Shown here piece by piece: positions 57,236-64,000 of a stretch of DNA of 64,000 nucleotides; within the stretch, counting starts at the first letter, position 1, and the number at the start of each line of letters is the position of its first letter. This DNA is from Nitrospirales bacterium (lineage in GTDB: Bacteria > Nitrospirota > Nitrospiria > Nitrospirales > UBA8639). The stretch lies in NCBI GenBank assembly GCA_965203295.1, contig CBDBCZ010000014.1, positions 288,001 to 352,000 on the forward strand, written 5' to 3'. Below the pieces are notes generated by a model, which worked only from the letters and a program-made list of their open reading frames with translations, had not been told where the DNA came from and did no database searches. Made by a program: the position numbers and the translations under genes.

Positions 57236-60200
57236 ATGCCGTGTTGTAGGTGCAACCGTTCTGGCAGCTGCAGGGGCTGCTCTTGTGTGAAGAAAGGCGA
57301 AGCCTGTACCAACTGTCTTCCGAGTCGCCTCGGAAACTGCCTCCAACTGGCTTTTTCCCCCGCCGGTACTTCAGCCGCTTCTGCCCATCACCCCTCTGCT
57401 GTCAACTCGGCTCCAATTACTGCCCCCTCCCACCCGCCTCCCTCCTCTGGGTCCGACGACCTCCCCCCGCTGACTGCCATCCTATCCCTGTCCTATCCAA
57501 CCCTGCACCACGTCCCCAAGAGAGCTAGAGATGCCTGGGCAGGTATTGTGAGCGATACCTTCGATGCCATAAGCCTGGCCCCCTCGGACCTCGAGGCCTG
57601 GAGTAAATCCTTTATGCTGGCTCGGTGCATTTTGGCAAACCCAGAGAGGGCAGGTCGCAATCACTGGCGTGACACTGAGAAGGCCGTTCTATCCAGAATT
57701 AGACGATGGAAGGAAGGAGATTACATTGGCCTTTGGTCGGAAACCGTGAAAGCTGACGAGAGGCTACAAAAGCGAAGAAGAAAACCCAAGAAGCAGTCGC
57801 CTGACTCCCTTCGGCAGTCCAATGCCAGGCGTGCTCATCAAGCCATGGAGGACGGACAATACAAGAAGGCTGCACAGGCGTTAACCTCCGATGGGCTTGC
57901 TCCCGCATCTACTGAAGTGTACGCAGAAATGCTGAACAAGCATCCCCAGTCCTCCCCCCCGCCTATCTCCCCTGCCCCAGCCCCTTCCCCAGTCACCATC
58001 ACTGAGGAGGGAGTCATCAAGGCCCTCAAATCTTTCCCATCTGGAACCGCCCCCGGCCCTTCGTGCTTCAGGGCTAACCACCTCAAGGAAGCTGTGTTCT
58101 GCCCCTCCCCTGCCCGTGCCAACTCTGCCCTGCTCACCTTGGTAAAGGTGGTCAACCTCTTGTGTGCCGGGCAAGCTCCCCCCGAAGTTGTGCCCCACCT
58201 TTGCGGAGCCTCGCTCTTCGCCTGCAAAAAGAAGGGAGGAGGTCTCCGACCTATTGCTGTGGGGGAGGTCCTACGCCGCTTGACCTCGAAATGTGTCGCC
58301 CGAGCCGTCAGTCACGAAGCCGCTGAGCTATTGTCACCAGTCCAACTAGGGGTTGGAGTCAGGGATGGCTGTGAGGCCATCGTGCACGCAGTAAGCAGAG
58401 TTCAAGAGGACACTGACATCCCTCCAGAGGAACGGTGGACTCTTCTCCTGGACTTCTCGAATGCTTTAACAGCGTGAATCGGGAAGCCATGTTCAAAGAG
58501 GTGAGAGCCCGTATTCCCTCCATGGCTGCCTGGATGGAGAGCTGTTATGGTGCCCAACCCATCCTCCGCTTGGGCAGCCACACCATCCTCAGTTGCTGCG
58601 GTGTCCAGCAAGGGGACCCGCTAGGACCCCTGGGCTTCTCCCTGGCATTCCTCCCCATCATTGAAAAGATCCAGGATCAGGTGCCCGGTCTCTTGATCAA
58701 TGCGTGGTATCTTGACGACGGAACCCTCTGCGGATCTGCCAAGGACCTCAGCTCTGCCCTTGAGATCATAGAAAGTGAGGCACCCATCTATGGCCTCCAC
58801 CTGAACAGGTCCAAATCCCTCCTCCACATCCCCGAGGGCCTCTCTGGCCACAATCCCCTCCCAGCTGACATTCCGATCACCAGAGATGGATTCGACCTCT
58901 TGGGCTCCCCCATCGGTTCAGCCTCCCACTGCGAGGCATCAGTCCTCCGCCGGGTGCAGAAGGTGCAAGTGATCCTGTCCAAGCTCCCAGACCTCCAAGA
59001 TTCTCAAATGGAGACCACCCTCCTTCGCCATTGCCTAGCCCTCCCCAAGGTCGCGTTCGCCCTTCGCACTTGCCCCCCTTCCCACCTCCAAGAGGCTGCC
59101 ACGGCCTTCGACCACGCCATGCGGGATGCTCTCACGGACCTTGCTGGCGGTCCCCTGTCAGCGTGGGCCTGGCTGAAGGCCTCCCTCCCCAGCTCCCTGG
59201 GGGGTCTTACCGTTCGTCAGGCTTCCCTCCATGCTCCGGCTGCCTACCTGGCTTCGCTGAGCCAATGTGATGACCTAGTCACCGGGATCCTCGGGTACGT
59301 ACCCAAAGCCTCCCAACACCTGATCCCAGCCCTCTCCAGCCTTGCTCAGGCCACTGGTAAACCAGAATGGACCTCCATCCAAGATGTGGACGTGCCTCTC
59401 CGCCAACGGCCCCTCAGTCACACCATCGACCTTGCCTCCTTCGACGAGCTTATTGCCTGCTCCCAGGATGATCGCTCTAGGGCGCTAGCCCATTCCACCG
59501 CCCTACCTCATGCTGGTGATTGGCTGAATGTTATCCCTTCCAAGGCCCTGGGTCTCCATCTCCAGGACTTGGAATTCCGCCTCTGCCTGCAGTATTGGCT
59601 GGGTCTGCGGATGGTGGAGGAGGGGGCCCCGTGCCCCGTTTGTCAGAGAGTGGCAGACCCCTACGGTGACCATCAGATTGGGTGCGGTGGTAATGGGGAT
59701 AGGATCCATCGCCATGACTCCATCCGGGATGCTGTTTTCTCTGCGGCTCAGTCCGCTGCCTTAGCGCCCCGGAGGGAGGTCCCTGCCCTGGTCCCTGGAT
59801 CCTCCAGCCGCCCAGCCGACATCTACCTCCCCACCTGGAAAAGGGGCCAACCCGCCGCCCTTGATGTTACCGTCATTTCCACTCTGCAGAGCCTGACTCT
59901 GAGCGGTGCCGCCTCTACACCTGGGCATGCCCTATCAGTGGCGGCTGAACGGAAGAGAACCGCCCACGCCACTGCCTGCCACTCAGTTGGCATTACCTTC
60001 ATTCCACTTGTTGTGGAATCTCTGGGTGGATGGGGCCCCGAGGCAATCTCCACCCTCAAGGACATTGGCCGTCTCCAAGGCCAGCGCCTCGGCACTCCCC
60101 CCTCGCTCGCCACCCGGCATCTGTTCCAGCGGCTTGCCATCCGGCTATGGAGGGGTAACGCCACCCTATGATCGGCCGACTCCCCATCCACTCCTCTGAG

Positions 60201-60275
60201 GTGGATGGAGTACAGTGACTCTTTTACCCTTGCTTTTTGTTTGTTTTTGTTTTTGTTTTTTATTTTTCTTTTTTC
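57236..60275 (+). mobile_element. Near full-length CRE-clade-like RLE non-LTR retrotransposon (single ORF 57236-60218 with two 1-bp deletions)
   Basis: Cys-rich N-terminus; GLRPIAVGE, DFSNAFN, GVQQGDPLGP, AWYLDDG, CPVC..DHQIGC, RHDSIRD, RPADIY, ALDVTV, FIPLVVESLGGW; T-rich (TTTTG)n tail. Confidence 0.92.
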
Positions 60276-60404
60276 ATGAAGTTTTGCTTATAAAATGTAC
60301 GTACATGTACGTATACTTCTGCATACTATTTCTCCATGTACAGAAGTGGTTGTATCAGGTTAAATATTCTTTATATGTGCTAAAACAAGCAGATACATGC
60401 AGTT

Positions 60405-63400
60405 CCCGTGCAGAAAATGTAACGCCGATACGCGCAGTGCGCGATGGGTAAGCGTGTATAAACGTATAATCGCGACTGTACGCGGAATAGCGCGAGAAAG
60501 GGTAATATTGCGCACCGCATGCGCGTATGCCTACGTACGCGTACGTTGCGCACGTGAGCAATACGTACGCACTAAACTCTACGTACGTACGTACGCGTAA
60601 CGACGCGGAAGGTGCGTACGCATATGGCACGCGCATACGTAGCAACATGTGTACACGTATACTAGCGCAGCAAGCGTACATACACGCCAGCTGCAGCGAC
60701 TTACTATGACAAAGCATAGTTTGCAGGTTTTCATACATGAACAAGTACACAAGAGGTAAGTTGCACAGATACATGTATAGAGGCAAGCATACAATATACA
60801 GTATACACACATTTATTTAATCATGTGACAAAGTGTTTGGGAACCGTACAATATAACATTCCGTACTAGAAACCTGCACATACATACACTTTTCAAGAAT
60901 AGAATGCACACTGACGACATCAAAAGCATCAAGCATGGATACAGGAATAATGATTTTATTTAAAGATGTAATATCAGAAGAAAATTTTTCATTGAAAATA
61001 GCCTGTGGGCAGGCTTTTCTGACTACAGCTAATGGAGTTGAACCGACTAGAATAAAGTATTTTATTTGCCCATATACAACAAGCCTACTGCACATATACA
61101 TCACTGTATAACTGTTTCTTCTTTTCACTCTCTTGTAGTCAGAAGAATAGTAAATGGACTCAGGCTGCAAAATTTTTAGTCTATAGAATGTTAGAAGTTG
61201 CTGGTCTGTACACAGCTGATCATGACCAAGTCCATTATCTACAATGTATTTGTTTAACTGATGTATAATTGAAACAGTGGGGAGCTTTAAAGCTGTTTTC
61301 CCAAGCATCACAGCATTGGCGTCAAGTGGTTGTCTTCTTTCTCTGTATAGTGAAAACAAGGCAAGCATGCATTCTCTAAAATACTTTAGTAAGTTCGTTG
61401 ACCTTCACAACATGAATGTCACTTAGAATACCAACTTGGTAACATTCACGTTTCAAAGGTCATAATCCAAACCAAAAAGAATGGTCTGAGTACAACCTGA
61501 CTTAATTATTGTATAATTAATATCAATGTTTGCAGGTTGGTCATTAGCTACGAACTTCTTGCATCCGAAGACCATATTGAGAGCCCCCTCCACTCGACTG
61601 CAGTGTGAATGTATGCGAACTGAAGGAAGTAGCTGCATCATTGCAAAGGAGAATATGACCTATGGAGAGAAAATATTCGCTGTTCACGAAGGCTATACAG
61701 GTATAGTTATTGCAAATGAAACACTGCATAAAGCATTGTGACAGCAAGCATTGTGACAGTTTGGTTCTTTCTTGCAGACTCAACTAGAGACAAGCTTTCC
61801 TTCACCAGATGAATATTCACCAATTGGTCCAGGAACATCAACACCTAGTACAGCTAGCACAGCGTGGGAGGTAGGTATATAGACAATCCCAAGATTGAGT
61901 GAAGGCCTTTAGCAAGTTGAAACTAAGCAAAGATTAAAGTATGAACTCTGGAGAATAACTGCATGTGATGCATGTTTTTATGTCTACACAGCTTAGTGCC
62001 ATGCTGACACATAAAATTTACTATGATTCTATAGCGTGACGTGCTAGTGGATATACAAAGTATGAAGAGGTCCATCCAGCGGCTGGAAGAACAGATGGCC
62101 CAGATCTTTAACACCATCTACAAGAGGAAGAGGTCGAGTGTTCAAAAGGTATACCCATCAGACTAAGAATGACTATACATTGTCTCAGTATTAATTATTA
62201 CAATCAAAACGTGAAACAGTAATATAGGCTAGCAATTTGAAATGTCAATTTCCTTTGCCGTATACCGGCCAGCATGAGAATGCTGTCTGCACTACATTGA
62301 AAAATCTCAATATTTTATCTGTACTTCCCTAGGAGGAGAAAGCTGTGATCATCAAGAAAGTGAGTAACGGCGTTCATACTCTCATCCAAGCGTGCATGCC
62401 TGGTTTAGTAATAGATTTTACACTCTATTGTAGGATGAATCTGAGGGGGTGACATCTATACCGTCTTGTTCTACCTCCTGGTTAGTTGTTTATGGTTAAA
62501 GACAAACTGGGCCTAGGGCTAAAGTCAAGATGCTTTCCTGATTTGAACATGCGTAATCTCATGACTGTTTAGGGTGACTAAACTTTTAACATGTATCCTT
62601 GCAGATGGTATATGGCTTGGCAACCCTAGAGATGAGGGGGAGAGGGTTGCAGTTGATATAACCCCAGAAGAGCTCTCAAGAGCTGAAAACATGGGCATCA
62701 CACCAGAGAAACTGGGAATCCAGCTGCTCTTTGTTTTATTTACCAAGGAGCAGCTCAGCAAGGGCAACCCAACAAAGCCAAGAAAACCTGGGATACAGTT
62801 ACTCGATCAAACTAAAATAAAAGCAATAAGGGGTAAGAGCACCTGTATTATTGTTCTTTTAATTACAAACCATTAAGTTGTATACACATGCACACACGCA
62901 CACAATACGTATTTTAGCTCACCTGAAGTACAAGTTCCCCATTCAGCATGGAAATCCTGGCGAAACAGAAGAGCAGAGATGGACGAGGGTTTTGCAGAAG
63001 AGTCTGAATGCGAAATGTCGCAACCTTCGTGACTAGTTTTGTTCTATAGTTCCGAGCCGTAGAGGCTGTTTCAGTTTTTGTTTTTGTAGTTTTTGGGTGG
63101 AGTGTGTAGAGGCTGTAACTGCCTCTGGCAACACACTCTGCCCCAGATTTCTTGCTTGCTGCCTCTTGCAGCACACCCACTCCAGATTTCTACATTCCCC
63201 TAATGACTTACATGTGTACGCGTCGAGTAGCGTATATTCATATTACGCTTGTACGCGCACGCGAACTTTACGTAATCGCACGCGGTGTACGTACGTATAT
63301 AGTGGTGCATCGCGAGCGTTAACACGCGCAGTACGAGAAAGCGGTCGACAATATGCGTACGTAAGTTCGCGTCAGTTTGCGTTAACGTATAAAGCACGTC

Positions 63401-63493
63401 GCGATATTTTGCGTACACGCACGCTTCAGCGACCGCGTATTTAAGTTTAGATTCGCGTGAGAGCGCACATATGCGTTATCTTTTTTGCACGGG
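60405..63493. mobile_element. Internally deleted CACTA/EnSpm-like element: transposase C-terminus (60817-61368, -) and spliced BEN-like ORF (~62604-62831, 62918-63035, +)
   Basis: cccgtgcagaaaa...ttttttgcacggg TIRs with a TT duplication; ~300-bp CG/TA-rich subterminal repeats; YYSSDYKRVKRRNSYTV..YGQIKYF..ILEKC; LLFVLFTKEQLSKG..LDQTKIKAIR..LNAKCRN. Confidence 0.78.
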
Positions 63494-64000
63494 TTGTCAT
63501 AATTTATTTATCGATAGGAACCAGGGAGCATGTCTTACAGGAAGCAAGAACCATGGAAGCGGGACCATGAGGAAGCAAGAACTGAAGAAGCTGATGCTGC
63601 TTTGATTAGGTACTGTAGGATCGATTCAGCATTGAATTTCCTTAACCCCCACCACCCCCACCCCTGCCTGCTCTCTATCCGTACTACCTCTCCAGGTCAT
63701 CATCAGTTCAGTCAGGTACTTCCAACCTGTCTACTAAGGATAACTTGGTTATGTTTGTCTTTTATGTTTGAATATAAGCGTTGCTTGCTAGAAGGATCAT
63801 ACCCTGTAATACATGTACATAATAGGATAAACCACTGCACTATACAAGGCAAACTCCTTACAAACTTAACCTCTAGATCTGTGCAATTACTTGAATGTGA
63901 AAGTTTTCTGTGGTACAGATTCTGTTGCTTCTACATATGTAGGATTCTGCTTCTGTCGTGGAGGCAGTGAGTGATGAAATAAGGAGAATGAATCGCAACT

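Overview
Eukaryotic, intron-containing and very transposon-rich DNA, most likely from a sponge (inferred from the domain architectures). Bases 1-18.4 kb form a large inverted duplication holding two head-to-head paralogues of a receptor gene. The right copy can be built exon by exon from 7499 to 25682: signal peptide, IgGFc-binding-protein N-terminal-like domain, two Calx-beta-like repeats, poly-Asp, TM helix and tyrosine kinase. It has an AT in place of the GT donor after the VAVK exon. Downstream lie a 5'-truncated WDR4/Trm82-like remnant, a kinase-coiled-coil-kelch gene with an 11-aa repeat and a frameshift, and a degraded GYGD/CNBD potassium-channel gene on the minus strand. From about 41 kb onward the window is mostly transposon debris: AcademH-like MITEs with 9-bp TSDs, THAP/Harbinger-like and KDZ-like transposase fragments, a DIRS/Ngaro-like element, a near-intact CRE-type RLE retrotransposon, a CACTA-like element with a BEN-like ORF, and tandem tRNA-Thr-like copies. 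The most unusual signal is three 34-43-bp CATAG...CTATG hairpins between 7-bp duplications, which look like P-element excision footprints. All calls come from reading the sequence by eye; no database searches were run.
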